Notes under the pieces: model-generated | What the model was told of the DNA's origin: nothing | Databases searched by the model: none | What the model saw: the letters and a program-made list of their open reading frames with translations, nothing else | In this document: positions 16,439 to 26,062 of the stretch, piece after piece | Position numbering within the stretch: position 1 is the first letter of the stretch | Layout of the letters: each line of letters begins with the position of its first letter | DNA from: Candidatus Micrarchaeota archaeon | GTDB lineage: Archaea > Micrarchaeota > Micrarchaeia > Anstonellales > Bilamarchaeaceae | Direction of reading: 5' to 3' | Assembly: GCA_023129075.1 (NCBI GenBank) | Contig: JAGMCT010000001.1 | Coordinates: 2,099-66,098 of the forward strand | Length of the DNA: 64,000 nucleotides | Position numbers and translations under genes: made by a program

Positions 16439-17333
16439 GGTACCTATCTGCTGAGATGCCTGCGGTTGCTCCTTCTCCTACTGCTGTTGCTATTTGTTTT
16501 ACCGGGGAAAATCTTGCATCTCCGGCGCAGAAAACATTTGGAAAATTTGTTCTCATATTTTCATCTGTAGGAACATAGCCGTTCTTCATTTCAAATTTAC
16601 CATCAAATAAAAAGGTGTTGGGCACCATGCCAATGTAAATGAAAACACCGTCCACCTTTAGCTCGGAGATTTCTTCGGTCTTTTTGTTGGAAAGTATTAT
16701 TGACTCTACAAATTCTTTTCCTTTTATTTCCCTGGGCTCTGTATCCCATATAATTTCTATCTTTGGGTTGGCTTCAGCTTTTTCCTGGACTGCTTTCTCG
16801 GCCCTGAACTGGTTTCTTCTGTGAATTATATATACCTTTGAAGCAAATTTGGTGAGATAAACCGCCTCTTCTACAGCGGAGTTTCCCCCGCCTATTACTG
16901 CCGCGGCCTTATCCTGGAAGAACGGGCCGTCGCAGGTTGCGCAATAGGAAACGCCTTTTCCCATGAATTCCTTTTCGCCGGGAATGCTGAGTTTCCGTGC
17001 ACTTTGGCCTGTGGCTATTATAAGGGTTCTGGCCTTGAAGTCGCCGGCCGGGGTTTTTAGCAGGATTTCATCTCCAAAAATGACCTCTGTAACCTCAGTG
17101 TATGGCTTTAATTCTGCTCCGAATTTCTTTGCGTGGGCTTCCATCTTTGAAGCTAATTCAGGGCCGGGTGATGAACCAAGACCAAGATAATTTTCAATTA
17201 TTGAAGAGGTTGCAGTCCATCCCCCAGGAAGACCTTTCTCCAGAAGCAGTGTAGAACGGCCTGCTCTTGAGGTATAAATCGCAGCGGACAGGCCTGCCGG
17301 ACCGGCTCCAAGTATTGCAACATCATATATCAT
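16425..17333 (-). CDS. trxB: Thioredoxin-disulfide reductase
   Basis: DVAILGAGPAGLSAA FAD motif, redox-active CATCDG, GGGNSAVEEA NADPH motif. Confidence 0.92.
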   Translation of the reverse strand: MIYDVAILGAGPAGLSAAIYTSRAGRSTLLLEKGLPGGWTATSSIIENYLGLGSSPGPELASKMEAHAKKFGAELKPYTEVTEVIFGDEILLKTPAGDFKARTLIIATGQSARKLSIPGEKEFMGKGVSYCATCDGPFFQDKAAAVIGGGNSAVEEAVYLTKFASKVYIIHRRNQFRAEKAVQEKAEANPKIEIIWDTEPREIKGKEFVESIILSNKKTEEISELKVDGVFIYIGMVPNTFLFDGKFEMKNGYVPTDENMRTNFPNVFCAGDARFSPVKQIATAVGEGATAGISADRYLSSL

Positions 17334-17436
17334 GGAATCATCTAAGAAAGATTGGGAAAAAAGAATTAAAAGAGTGATGGTTGGGAACGTGATTGGGAAG
17401 GCATAATATTATTAATTCTTCATAAGATAGGGTGTA

Positions 17437-17805
17437 ATGAAAAGAGCGCTGTTAGCGTTACTGCTGGTGTTTTTGGTGTCTGCTGTAGAAATAGAAGGAG
17501 AATGGATGAAAGGTTCTTTTCAGAGAATGCATGGTCTAATGTTCAGAATGGCCCCGGAAACATTGTTTTTTGAGATTTATAACGGTGAGATGAATATACA
17601 TTCTATATTTGTGTTCTTTCCTTTTTACGCAATCTATCTGGATGGAGATGGAAACGTAGTTGAGAAAAAAAGGGTTGAACCATTCAGGCTTGGTGTGGTG
17701 AATAAAAGGCCTGCAAAGGTTCTGATTGAGATTGGTTTGGAGGAGGGGGAGAAAATAAAGGTTGGAGAAAAGGTGGTGCTGGTTGATAGGCTGGAAGATA
17801 CTTAA
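17437..17805 (+). CDS. DUF192 family protein with signal/anchor sequence
   Basis: N-terminal ALLALLLVFLVSA; MHGLMFR and IEI segments typical of DUF192 (COG1430). Confidence 0.7.
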   Translation: MKRALLALLLVFLVSAVEIEGEWMKGSFQRMHGLMFRMAPETLFFEIYNGEMNIHSIFVFFPFYAIYLDGDGNVVEKKRVEPFRLGVVNKRPAKVLIEIGLEEGEKIKVGEKVVLVDRLEDT

Positions 17806-19117
17806 ACAAGGAGAATACAAACTGAATCTTCCTATTCTTAGTGCGGAAGAGGAGGGAGTGGTTTCTTATTTGGAAGAAAGGTTCAAAGAGGAGACAGCAA
17901 AAGAGAGTATAGAAAATATAGAAGAGAGTTATGACCTGCTGAAGGCTATAATTTACAGGTATATGGATGAGGAAGGAATTCTACTTGATACGGAGCAGAC
18001 AAATTATCTTACTGAAATTGCACATCTGCACATATATGAATTTGGATTCATAAGCATGCTTCTGAAAGACGAGAATGTAGAGGAGATAAGTATTGTAGGT
18101 GCAGGTAAACCTGCATATGTATTTTTGAGGAATGAAGGATGGAAAAGAGTAAATGCGATGTTTACAACAGAAGAAGAGATAATGAATGTTGTGAACAAGA
18201 TGGCAAGGAATCTTGGGAGAAGAATAACCTTTCAGAACCCAAGGCTGAATACAATATTGCCGGATGGGTCAAGACTGCATGCATCTCTGGGGCCGATTTC
18301 TGAAGGAGAGATAACCATAAGGAGGTTTAGGGAGAATCCATTTTCGCCTCCAGAACTTGCAGAAACGAGAACAGTATCGGAAAGAGCCCTTGCATACCTT
18401 TCGTTACTTATGCAGAGCGACAGCTCAGTTATAGTAGCCGGAAATACTGCAAGCGGAAAAACCACAACCCTGAATGCATTGTTCAGTTTTATTCCTGAGA
18501 ATGAAAGAATAGTGATAACTGAGGAAAGCCCTGAGATAAATGTGCCGCACCAGCAGCAGATAAGGATGATTGCAAATGAGGATATGGGAGTTTCTCTTAA
18601 AGATTTGGTTTATGACAGCCTGAGGATGAGGCCGGACAGGCTGATAATAGGTGAAGTAAGAAACAAGGATGAGGTTGAAGCGTTGTTTGATGCCCTTCTA
18701 GGAGGGCAGGCAAGGGGTTGTTATGCAACATTCCATGCACAGAGTGCAAAGGAAACCTTCAGAAGGCTTAATTTCTTTGGAATAAATGAAATAGATTTTA
18801 AGAGTATAGATGCTGTGGTTGTGCAGAGAAGAATGTTAAGATATGAGAAGGGAAGGAATAAAGAGATAAGGAAGATAACTGAGATTGTATTTGATGTGGA
18901 TAAGAAGTTTTTGGGGTATGATTTGGAGAAAGATAAATGGAAGGGAAAAAACGAGGAGATATTAAGAGAAAAAATAGGGATGAAACTTGGGTTGAGTGAA
19001 AAAGAGATTAAGAAAGAGATTGAAAAGAGAGAGGGGATTTTAAAAAAGAGGTTGGGTTTTTGGGAATTCTTTAAAGAATTCCAAAATAAGGTTTATGGTA
19101 TAAAGGTGGAAACATGA
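17762..19117 (+). CDS. Type II/IV secretion system ATPase (VirB11/FlaI(ArlI)/CpaF family); start codon uncertain
   Basis: Walker A AGNTASGKTTTLNAL, ITEESPE Asp/Glu box, RLIIGEVR Walker B region, TFHA His box. The next in-frame ATG downstream of the 17762 start lies well inside the ORF. Confidence 0.85.
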   Translation: MEKRWCWLIGWKILKQGEYKLNLPILSAEEEGVVSYLEERFKEETAKESIENIEESYDLLKAIIYRYMDEEGILLDTEQTNYLTEIAHLHIYEFGFISMLLKDENVEEISIVGAGKPAYVFLRNEGWKRVNAMFTTEEEIMNVVNKMARNLGRRITFQNPRLNTILPDGSRLHASLGPISEGEITIRRFRENPFSPPELAETRTVSERALAYLSLLMQSDSSVIVAGNTASGKTTTLNALFSFIPENERIVITEESPEINVPHQQQIRMIANEDMGVSLKDLVYDSLRMRPDRLIIGEVRNKDEVEALFDALLGGQARGCYATFHAQSAKETFRRLNFFGINEIDFKSIDAVVVQRRMLRYEKGRNKEIRKITEIVFDVDKKFLGYDLEKDKWKGKNEEILREKIGMKLGLSEKEIKKEIEKREGILKKRLGFWEFFKEFQNKVYGIKVET

Positions 19118-20322
19118 AGATAACAGAAATAAAAGGAAGAGAGATTATTGATTCACGGGGGAATCCCACGGTGGAGGTTGAGGTGAGCACCGAAAAAGGA
19201 AGAGGGAAGGCTGCAGCACCATCAGGAGCATCAAGAGGTGTTCATGAAGCATGGGAACTAAGAGATGGGGGAAAACGATTCCATGGAAAAGGTGTGCTGA
19301 ACGCAGTAAGGAATGTGAACGAGTTGATTGCAAAGGAGCTTATGGGAAGGGATGTGCAGAAGCAGGAAGAGCTGGACAAGCTTATGATAGAGCTGGATGA
19401 AACCGAGAACAAGAAGAAACTAGGGGGAAATGCAATGATTGCTGTTTCCATGGCAGTCTTGAAATGTGCGGCAAATGAGAAGGGGGAATGGTTATACGAG
19501 CATCTCGGGGGGAGGTTGATGCCAAGACCCATGCTCAATATAATAAATGGTGGACAGCACGCAGGAAGCGGGCTTGAGATACAGGAGTTCATGATAGTTC
19601 CGGAAGAAAAGGAATTCAGGGAGGGGTTGAGGTATTCTGCAGAGATATACCAGACATTAAAGGAAAATCTTGTTAAGAAATACGGGCGGATTGCAAAAGG
19701 GGTTGGAGATGAAGGAGGTTTTGCCCCTCCGATGAAGGAAACAAGGGAAGCGCTGGATGAGATTGTAAAGGCAGTGGAAGAGAATGGATATGGTGGAAAG
19801 GTAAAATTAAGTTTGGACTGCGCAGCATCCTCATTTTATGAAGAAGGAAAATATAGGATAGATGGAAAAAAGATGGAAAAAGAAGAATTGTTGGATTATT
19901 ATTTGGGGTTGATAAAGGAATACCCAATAATAAGTATAGAAGACCCGTTTTATGAAGAAAACTTTGAGGATTATGCTGAACTAACCAAGAAAAGCAGGAT
20001 ACAAATAGTGGGGGATGATTTGGTTGTTACGAATCCTAAAAGGATTTCTATGGCAATTGAGAAGGGAAGTATGAATGCTCTGTTGCTGAAAGTGAATCAG
20101 ATAGGAACAGTTACAGAAGCGATGGAGGCAGCAACGATGGTAAATGAGAGGGGGATGGGGATAATAGTGAGCCATCGTTCAGGAGAAACAGAAGATGATT
20201 TTATAGCTGATTTCTCAGTAGGGATAAATGCAGGGCAGATAAAAACAGGAGCCCCTGCAAGAGGGGAAAGAACAGCAAAATACAACCAGTTGTTGAGAAT
20301 AGAGGAAAGAATCGGGAAATAG
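19114..20322 (+). CDS. eno: Enolase
   Basis: IIDSRGNPTVEVEV, SHRSGETED motifs; ATGA overlap with the preceding ATPase gene. Confidence 0.95.
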   Translation: MKITEIKGREIIDSRGNPTVEVEVSTEKGRGKAAAPSGASRGVHEAWELRDGGKRFHGKGVLNAVRNVNELIAKELMGRDVQKQEELDKLMIELDETENKKKLGGNAMIAVSMAVLKCAANEKGEWLYEHLGGRLMPRPMLNIINGGQHAGSGLEIQEFMIVPEEKEFREGLRYSAEIYQTLKENLVKKYGRIAKGVGDEGGFAPPMKETREALDEIVKAVEENGYGGKVKLSLDCAASSFYEEGKYRIDGKKMEKEELLDYYLGLIKEYPIISIEDPFYEENFEDYAELTKKSRIQIVGDDLVVTNPKRISMAIEKGSMNALLLKVNQIGTVTEAMEAATMVNERGMGIIVSHRSGETEDDFIADFSVGINAGQIKTGAPARGERTAKYNQLLRIEERIGK

Positions 20323-20324
20323 TT

Positions 20325-20774
20325 TTACTTTTTGTTTTTTGTTTTTTTCTTTTTGGGTTTTGTTTTTCTTTTTGTAGCGCGGAAAAAGGAGGGGTCGCCT
20401 AGGTAGGGTATGCCATATTCAGGATGAATTTCGTCAGGTTCAGGAAAAAATAATTCGCTTTTTTTGAAGCTGATGAACCTGAAAAATTTCAGCAGTTTTG
20501 TGTCCAATTCATTAATTCTGTATTGGGTAAGGACATAAATAAGATAAAATCCTACCGAGATACCAATCCATGTGAAGAAGATGGTGAACAGTTTGCCCTC
20601 CCGGGTGAAGGGTATTATATCTCCATAGCCAACCGTTGTTACGGTTGCGGTCATAAAATAGATTGAATCCAGCCAGTCCCATCCTTCTACAGTATGGTAG
20701 AAGACTGTTCCACCTGTGTAAATGATGGCAAGGAGAACAAGGGCGAAGAATATGTCTTTTGTTACTTTATTCAT
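20325..20774 (-). CDS. Two-TM potassium channel with lysine-rich C-terminal tail
   Basis: Selectivity filter TTVGYGD between two hydrophobic helices. Confidence 0.8.
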   Translation of the reverse strand: MNKVTKDIFFALVLLAIIYTGGTVFYHTVEGWDWLDSIYFMTATVTTVGYGDIIPFTREGKLFTIFFTWIGISVGFYLIYVLTQYRINELDTKLLKFFRFISFKKSELFFPEPDEIHPEYGIPYLGDPSFFRATKRKTKPKKKKTKNKK

Positions 20775-20816
20775 GACTGGTAAATAATCGGCAATAATTT
20801 AAAAGGTTGAGTATCT

Positions 20817-21368
20817 TCAGGATTTTATGGTTCTTATTCTTTTTTCTGTGATTATGTAATCAACCATAATATCGTGGGGTTCTAGTGGGATGGATTTTAG
20901 AACCTGGAATTCATAAGCTAAGGAGATTTTCAGAACTTTTTTTCCTTTGAGATAACGGTCGTAATAGCCCTTGCCCCTTCCGATTCTTGCTCCTTTTTCA
21001 TCAAATGCCAGGCCTGGAACAAGAAGGACATCACTGGGTTCTGTTTCTTCTTTTGGATGGGGCTCTGGGATTCCGAACCTGCCCTTTTTAATGGCCTTGA
21101 AACCTTTGAAAAGAGCGAAGCGCATAACCCCTCTTTCTTCCAAGTGGGGGAGGGAAAATTGTTTTTTTTTGTAGAGGGCTCTTATTATAGAAAGGGTGCA
21201 CACTTCTTTTTCCAGAGGGTAGTAAGCTCCTATTGAAAGAGCATCAAGAAAGGCATCAAGCGAAAGGAGTTTTTCCTCTATCTTCTTGGTTTTTTCCTTA
21301 GCTTCCTGTTTACTAAGTTCATTTAATTTTGCCTTCATCTTTTGCCTTATTGAGCGCTTCATAGGCAT
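20817..21368 (-). CDS. 5-formyltetrahydrofolate cyclo-ligase
   Basis: VLLVPGLAFDEKGARIGRGKGYYDRYL signature. Confidence 0.8.
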   Translation of the reverse strand: MPMKRSIRQKMKAKLNELSKQEAKEKTKKIEEKLLSLDAFLDALSIGAYYPLEKEVCTLSIIRALYKKKQFSLPHLEERGVMRFALFKGFKAIKKGRFGIPEPHPKEETEPSDVLLVPGLAFDEKGARIGRGKGYYDRYLKGKKVLKISLAYEFQVLKSIPLEPHDIMVDYIITEKRIRTIKS

Positions 21369-22530
21369 CCTCCATCATATATAGCGAACCTGTTATTAAA
21401 ATAGGTTTGTTTTTTTCCAGGGCATTGTTCAGTGCATACTTGAGTGAAGGGAAGGACTTTCCATTGAATTTGTTTTTCAGGGCATCCGGAGATTCGGTGC
21501 GCTCCAGAGTCAATCTTGGGAAAAGAAATTCAGGGGTGAATTGGCTGAGATTTGAAAGCATTGGTTTCCAATCCTTATCTTTCATACAGGAAAATATTAT
21601 TGTGAGGCTGGAAAGGTTGAAAAAAGCAAGGGTGGAAGAAAGGGCTTCTATTCCTGAAGGGTTGTGGGCTGCATCCAGTATTATAAGGGGGTCTTTTGAG
21701 AATATCTCAAATCTTGCCTTTATAGAAGCATTTTGGATTCCTTTTTTTATGGAAATCTGATTTATATTAAGGAGTTCGGCTGCCCTTACTGCAAGAGAAG
21801 CGTTTTTCATCTGGTGCAAACCAAGGAGGTTTGAGGTTAATCTGAATTTACCCTTCCCAGAGTAATCAAAAACAAGGCCGTCGAGGGAATGGGAAAACAA
21901 TGTGGAAGAAAAATCCTTATTATATGTGTGGATTTCAGAAGAATGTTTTCTTATCTCTTGAAGGGCTTCTCCTTCTGCTGAGGTTATACTGGTTTTTCTT
22001 ATTATTCCTGCTTTTGTTTTTGCAATCTCTGTTAAGGTTTTGCCTAAATGTTTGGTGTGTTCATAAGAAACCGAGGTAATTATTGAAAGAACGGGGGACG
22101 AAATGTTGGTTGCATCGTGTTCTCCGCCCATTCCAACCTCCATGACAGCGTAGTCAACAGTATTTTTTCTGAAATAATCAAAAGCAACTGCAGTGACTGC
22201 TTCAAAATAGGTTATGGTATTTCCCTTGTCGGTGAATTCTTTTATCTTTTTTTCGTATTTTTTTAGTTCAGCATCAGGGATAGGGATGTTATCTAATTGT
22301 ATTCTTTCATTGAAGAAAAGAAGGTGGGGGGAATAAAAACTGCCTGTTTTGTAGCCTGCATACTTTAGAATTGATGATAAAAAAGCAACGGTTGAGCCTT
22401 TTCCGTTTGTACCGCCCACGAGGATAACCTTGAGGTCTTTGTGGGGGTTTTTCCATTCGGAAAGAAGTTTTTTTATTCTCTCCAACCCTGGGATTGAACC
22501 AAATTTTTCAAGAAAAAAAAAGGGCTTCAT
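21319..22530 (-). CDS. folC: Folylpolyglutamate synthase / dihydrofolate synthase
   Basis: Mur-ligase P-loop VGGTNGKGST, 403 aa. Confidence 0.85.
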   Translation of the reverse strand: MKPFFFLEKFGSIPGLERIKKLLSEWKNPHKDLKVILVGGTNGKGSTVAFLSSILKYAGYKTGSFYSPHLLFFNERIQLDNIPIPDAELKKYEKKIKEFTDKGNTITYFEAVTAVAFDYFRKNTVDYAVMEVGMGGEHDATNISSPVLSIITSVSYEHTKHLGKTLTEIAKTKAGIIRKTSITSAEGEALQEIRKHSSEIHTYNKDFSSTLFSHSLDGLVFDYSGKGKFRLTSNLLGLHQMKNASLAVRAAELLNINQISIKKGIQNASIKARFEIFSKDPLIILDAAHNPSGIEALSSTLAFFNLSSLTIIFSCMKDKDWKPMLSNLSQFTPEFLFPRLTLERTESPDALKNKFNGKSFPSLKYALNNALEKNKPILITGSLYMMEDAYEALNKAKDEGKIK

Positions 22531-22582
22531 AACCTAATGTTTGGGGAAAAGTAATAAAAAACAAAGGGGAAAAAAGACTAAT

Positions 22583-23638
22583 ATGCTTCTTGAATTAAAT
22601 GAGGGATTTCAAAAAAAAGTAAAGGAACTTGCAAACAAGCTTTTAAATGCAAAGAACCGGTTGGTTTATCTGAGGTATCATCGGGATGCAGACGGCATAT
22701 GCGGGGCGCTTCTTATTGAAAAGATAGTAAGGGTTAAGAGTTTTCAGCAGAACAATTCTGTGTACGGAATCAAGAATGCACTGAGCGATATTAATATGGT
22801 TTATTATGAAGAGAACCCTCTTATGGTATTTGTGGATTTTGGAAGCGGTGAGGGAAGCCTGAAAGGGCTGGAAACCCTAAAGGCGAGAGGAATTGAGGTA
22901 ATTGTAATAGACCACCATTTTCCAGGAAATAATGTTGAGGAAAAAGCGCTTGTGCTGAATTCAAGGCTTTTTGGGGAAGAGGACGAACTGGGCTCTTATA
23001 CGGCAGGATGGATTTGCGGAGAGATAGCAAAGGCTGCAGGGAAGGAAGGAGAAGAAATAGAGATGCTTCAAAGAACAGCGTGCGCAGGAGACAAGAGTGA
23101 AGTAATGGAATTTGGAGAGGAAGACAGACAGAGGGCTCTTGTAATGGATTACCTCGCAAGCTATTCTCAATTCAACAACCGGTTGGCGTTTTATAAAAAG
23201 GTCCTGAAAGACAAGGAACTTTACGAATCATTGTTAAGGCAGGCAGAAGATGGGTTGGAAGAATCAAAGGAACAGATAAAAAGAAGGATGAAAGTTGTTG
23301 AAGGAAAGGTAAAACTTTATACCATAAATCTTGAGTGGATTGGACATATGCAGTTTCCTGCAAGAGGGAAAAGTACAACAGTGGGTTTTGAAACCGTTAA
23401 GGATGAAAAAGAGGTTGTTGTTGTGGGGCACTGGAAAAATGGACTTTCATTCAGAATAAATAAAGGTGCTGTTGAAAAAGGATTCGGAGCTAATTATTTC
23501 ATAGAGGAATTAAAGAAAAGAATGCCTGATTTTTTGGAAGGGGGAGGAGGGCACGGAAGAGCTGCTGCTCTCAGAATAAGAGATGGGTTTGGAGAGCATG
23601 TTGTTAATGAGATAAAAAGGATTGTTCAGGAGGAGTAA
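22583..23638 (+). CDS. DHH/DHHA1 family phosphoesterase (RecJ/NrnA-like)
   Basis: YHRDADGICGA (DHH motif I-II region), VIDHHF, GGGHGRAAA (DHHA1 GGGH). Confidence 0.8.
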   Translation: MLLELNEGFQKKVKELANKLLNAKNRLVYLRYHRDADGICGALLIEKIVRVKSFQQNNSVYGIKNALSDINMVYYEENPLMVFVDFGSGEGSLKGLETLKARGIEVIVIDHHFPGNNVEEKALVLNSRLFGEEDELGSYTAGWICGEIAKAAGKEGEEIEMLQRTACAGDKSEVMEFGEEDRQRALVMDYLASYSQFNNRLAFYKKVLKDKELYESLLRQAEDGLEESKEQIKRRMKVVEGKVKLYTINLEWIGHMQFPARGKSTTVGFETVKDEKEVVVVGHWKNGLSFRINKGAVEKGFGANYFIEELKKRMPDFLEGGGGHGRAAALRIRDGFGEHVVNEIKRIVQEE

Positions 23639-23648
23639 AGAAAAAACC

Positions 23649-23762
23649 CTAACCGCAGGCTTCCCAACCGCAGGAATAACAGGCTTTACAGCCTTCCTGA
23701 AATACAAGAGAAGAGTTGCAAATGGGGCAGATGCCCATTTTTATTTTTTGTTCTGCTGTCAT
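23649..23762 (-). CDS. Possible 37-aa zinc-ribbon protein
   Basis: Hand translation MTAEQKIKMGICPICNSSLVFQEGCKACYSCGWEACG has CxxC and CxxCxxC. Below the ORF-track size cut-off. Confidence 0.45.
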   Translation of the reverse strand: MTAEQKIKMGICPICNSSLVFQEGCKACYSCGWEACG

Positions 23763-23895
23763 GATCGCCACCAAAAAGAATATGCAAGGAATAATTTAAA
23801 AGGCCTTATCTTTACGAAGAGAAAGAAACCCAACAAATGTTAAGGAAAAACAACAAAGGTTTAAAAACTAAAAGAAAGAAAAGGGATGCGATAGG

Positions 23896-24942
23896 ATGAA
23901 ATGCACTGCCATCGCACCGACGAACATAGCGATAATAAAGTATTGGGGAAAGGAACCAGAATGGGAGGAAGAGCACATCCCAACCAAAAGTTCGCTTTCT
24001 TTTACTGTTAAGGAATTGTATACCAAAACAACAGTGGATGCCGGAGAAGGAAACGGCGGGCTGGAATTTCATCTTAATGGAGAGAGAAAAGAAAAGGAAG
24101 ACCAGGCATATGAATACGTGCTGAAATTCTTTGAGAGATTGAGAAGAGTAGTGCCCGAAATAGGAAACTACGATTATCGAATTATAAGTAAGAATAATTT
24201 TCCTACTGCTGCAGGATTTGCTTCATCTGCAAGCGGATTTTCTGCACTCGTAAAGGCAATTGCAGGAGTAATGAAAGAAGAAAAATGGTTTGAAGAATAT
24301 TCAGGAGAAAAGGAACTTTCGGTGTTTGCAAGATTAGGGTCAGGCTCAGCTGCAAGGAGCATCCCCTGCAAAGGGGGGGTTGTGGTTTGGAAAAGAGGAG
24401 AAAGGAAGAAAAATGTTTCTGAAACAAGCTATGCTGAAAGCGTTGTTAGTCCTGAATTCCTGCAAGAAATAAGCATAATTTATGTTAAGATTCAAGAAGA
24501 AGAAAAGAAAATAAAGAGCAGGAAGGGAATGAAAATGAGTGTTGAAACAAATCCTTTGTATTGGGAATGGGTTAATTATGAGGAAGAGAAACTGCTTCCT
24601 GAAACAATCGGATTTCTTAAGGGGAAAAATTTTAAGGGAGTGTTTGAAAATATAATGAAGGCATCCAATAATCTGCATCAGATATGTATGGGAACCTACC
24701 CCCCTATTATCTATCTCAATGAAAAGAGCAGGGAGGTTATAGAAAGAATTCATGAATTTAATGAAGAAGAAATCAAAGCTGCATATACTTTTGATGCAGG
24801 GCCGAACGCAGTTGTATTTACAACCAAAGGGCATGAAAAAAAAGTAATGAAAATGCTTGAGAAAATCGTGGGAAAGAAAAGATTGCTTTTGACAGCTGTT
24901 GGAGAAGGCCCAAGATATGTTGAAGAACACCTAGAGGTATAG
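23896..24942 (+). CDS. mvaD: Diphosphomevalonate decarboxylase family (GHMP)
   Basis: APTNIAIIKYWGK, AAGFASSASG, GSGSAARS motifs. Confidence 0.85.
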   Translation: MKCTAIAPTNIAIIKYWGKEPEWEEEHIPTKSSLSFTVKELYTKTTVDAGEGNGGLEFHLNGERKEKEDQAYEYVLKFFERLRRVVPEIGNYDYRIISKNNFPTAAGFASSASGFSALVKAIAGVMKEEKWFEEYSGEKELSVFARLGSGSAARSIPCKGGVVVWKRGERKKNVSETSYAESVVSPEFLQEISIIYVKIQEEEKKIKSRKGMKMSVETNPLYWEWVNYEEEKLLPETIGFLKGKNFKGVFENIMKASNNLHQICMGTYPPIIYLNEKSREVIERIHEFNEEEIKAAYTFDAGPNAVVFTTKGHEKKVMKMLEKIVGKKRLLLTAVGEGPRYVEEHLEV

Positions 24943-24943
24943 A

Positions 24944-26062
24944 ATGGTTAATGTTCCTGGGAAGATTCTTTTGCTTGGGGGTTATGCTGTTCTCGAGGGG
25001 TACAGGGGCCTAAGTGTTGCTGTTGTGGATGAGAAAGGAAAAGGAATGGAAGTAAGAGGGAAAGAAGGAAAGAAAAGAATTATCTCTAAGGAATTTGGAA
25101 TAGAGCGGACTATTGGAGAAAAACTTATTGAAGAATTTGAAAAGAGCAGTAAAGAAGAAAGAATGGCTGTTGCTGCATATGTTACGGCCCTTGCGTATTT
25201 TAAAAGCAAGGGGATTGAGAGTAAAAAAATTGAGATTGAAATAAAAACAAATAAAATATTCGGGAAGAAAGGAGAAAAAAGCGGGCTGGGTTCCTCTGCT
25301 ACTGTTGTGAGCGGAGTGGTGGCTGAGTTATTTTTGCAGAATGGTTTTGAATTAGAAAGGAATATGGATAAGGTGCACAAGATTGCGCAGATTGCACATG
25401 CTTTAGCCGGCGGAAATGTTGGAAGCGGGTTTGATATTGCAACAGCGGTTTATGGAACCATTGAGTATGAAAGATATCCCAAGGAAACTATTGAAATTGA
25501 TATGAAAAGCAAGGAAAAATTCGTGGAGAGTGTTGGGGAAGTAGTGGAAAAAGAATGGAAAGGAATGAGGATTAAGAAGGCGGATATTGGGGAGTATGGA
25601 TTAGAGATTTATAACATAAAAGGGGCAAAAACCTCTACTGTTTCTGCTGTTGGAGCTGTAAAAAAATTAAGAGAAAAGAATAGAGGAAAATATGATGAGT
25701 TGTTAAGGAAACAGGCTGGAGGAGAAGAAATTATTTTTTTGGGATTAGAAAAAAATGATGATGAAAAGATAAGGAAAGGAATGAGAATTGCAAGGGAGGC
25801 GCAGAGGGAGATTGGGGAAGAGATTAAAAAGTTAGGTGAGATTAACTTTACGCCTATAGAGCCTGATGAATTGAAAGAGTTGATAAATAGTGTGGAGGGG
25901 TTGGAAAATGTTGTTGCAGGAAGATGTCCAGGGGCAGGAGGATATGATTCTGTAGTTTTTATTACAACGGGAAAGGTTGAAGGGATTGAAAAAATAGGAA
26001 AAGAATTTGGTTTGGAATTGGAGAATTTGGGTGTTAAGGTAAGTAAAAAAGGGCTAATTTAG
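24944..26062 (+). CDS. Phosphomevalonate kinase-like GHMP kinase
   Basis: VPGKILLLGGYAVLEG N-terminus, GLGSSATVVSGVV GHMP motif; starts 1 nt after the MVD stop. Confidence 0.7.
   Translation: MVNVPGKILLLGGYAVLEGYRGLSVAVVDEKGKGMEVRGKEGKKRIISKEFGIERTIGEKLIEEFEKSSKEERMAVAAYVTALAYFKSKGIESKKIEIEIKTNKIFGKKGEKSGLGSSATVVSGVVAELFLQNGFELERNMDKVHKIAQIAHALAGGNVGSGFDIATAVYGTIEYERYPKETIEIDMKSKEKFVESVGEVVEKEWKGMRIKKADIGEYGLEIYNIKGAKTSTVSAVGAVKKLREKNRGKYDELLRKQAGGEEIIFLGLEKNDDEKIRKGMRIAREAQREIGEEIKKLGEINFTPIEPDELKELINSVEGLENVVAGRCPGAGGYDSVVFITTGKVEGIEKIGKEFGLELENLGVKVSKKGLI

Noticed and set aside
20325-20400. Poly-T/G low-complexity tracts (also 35855-35900) as terminators or simple repeats
   Set aside because: They are the coding sequence of lysine-rich C-terminal tails on the minus strand (the K-channel and Hef-like proteins).
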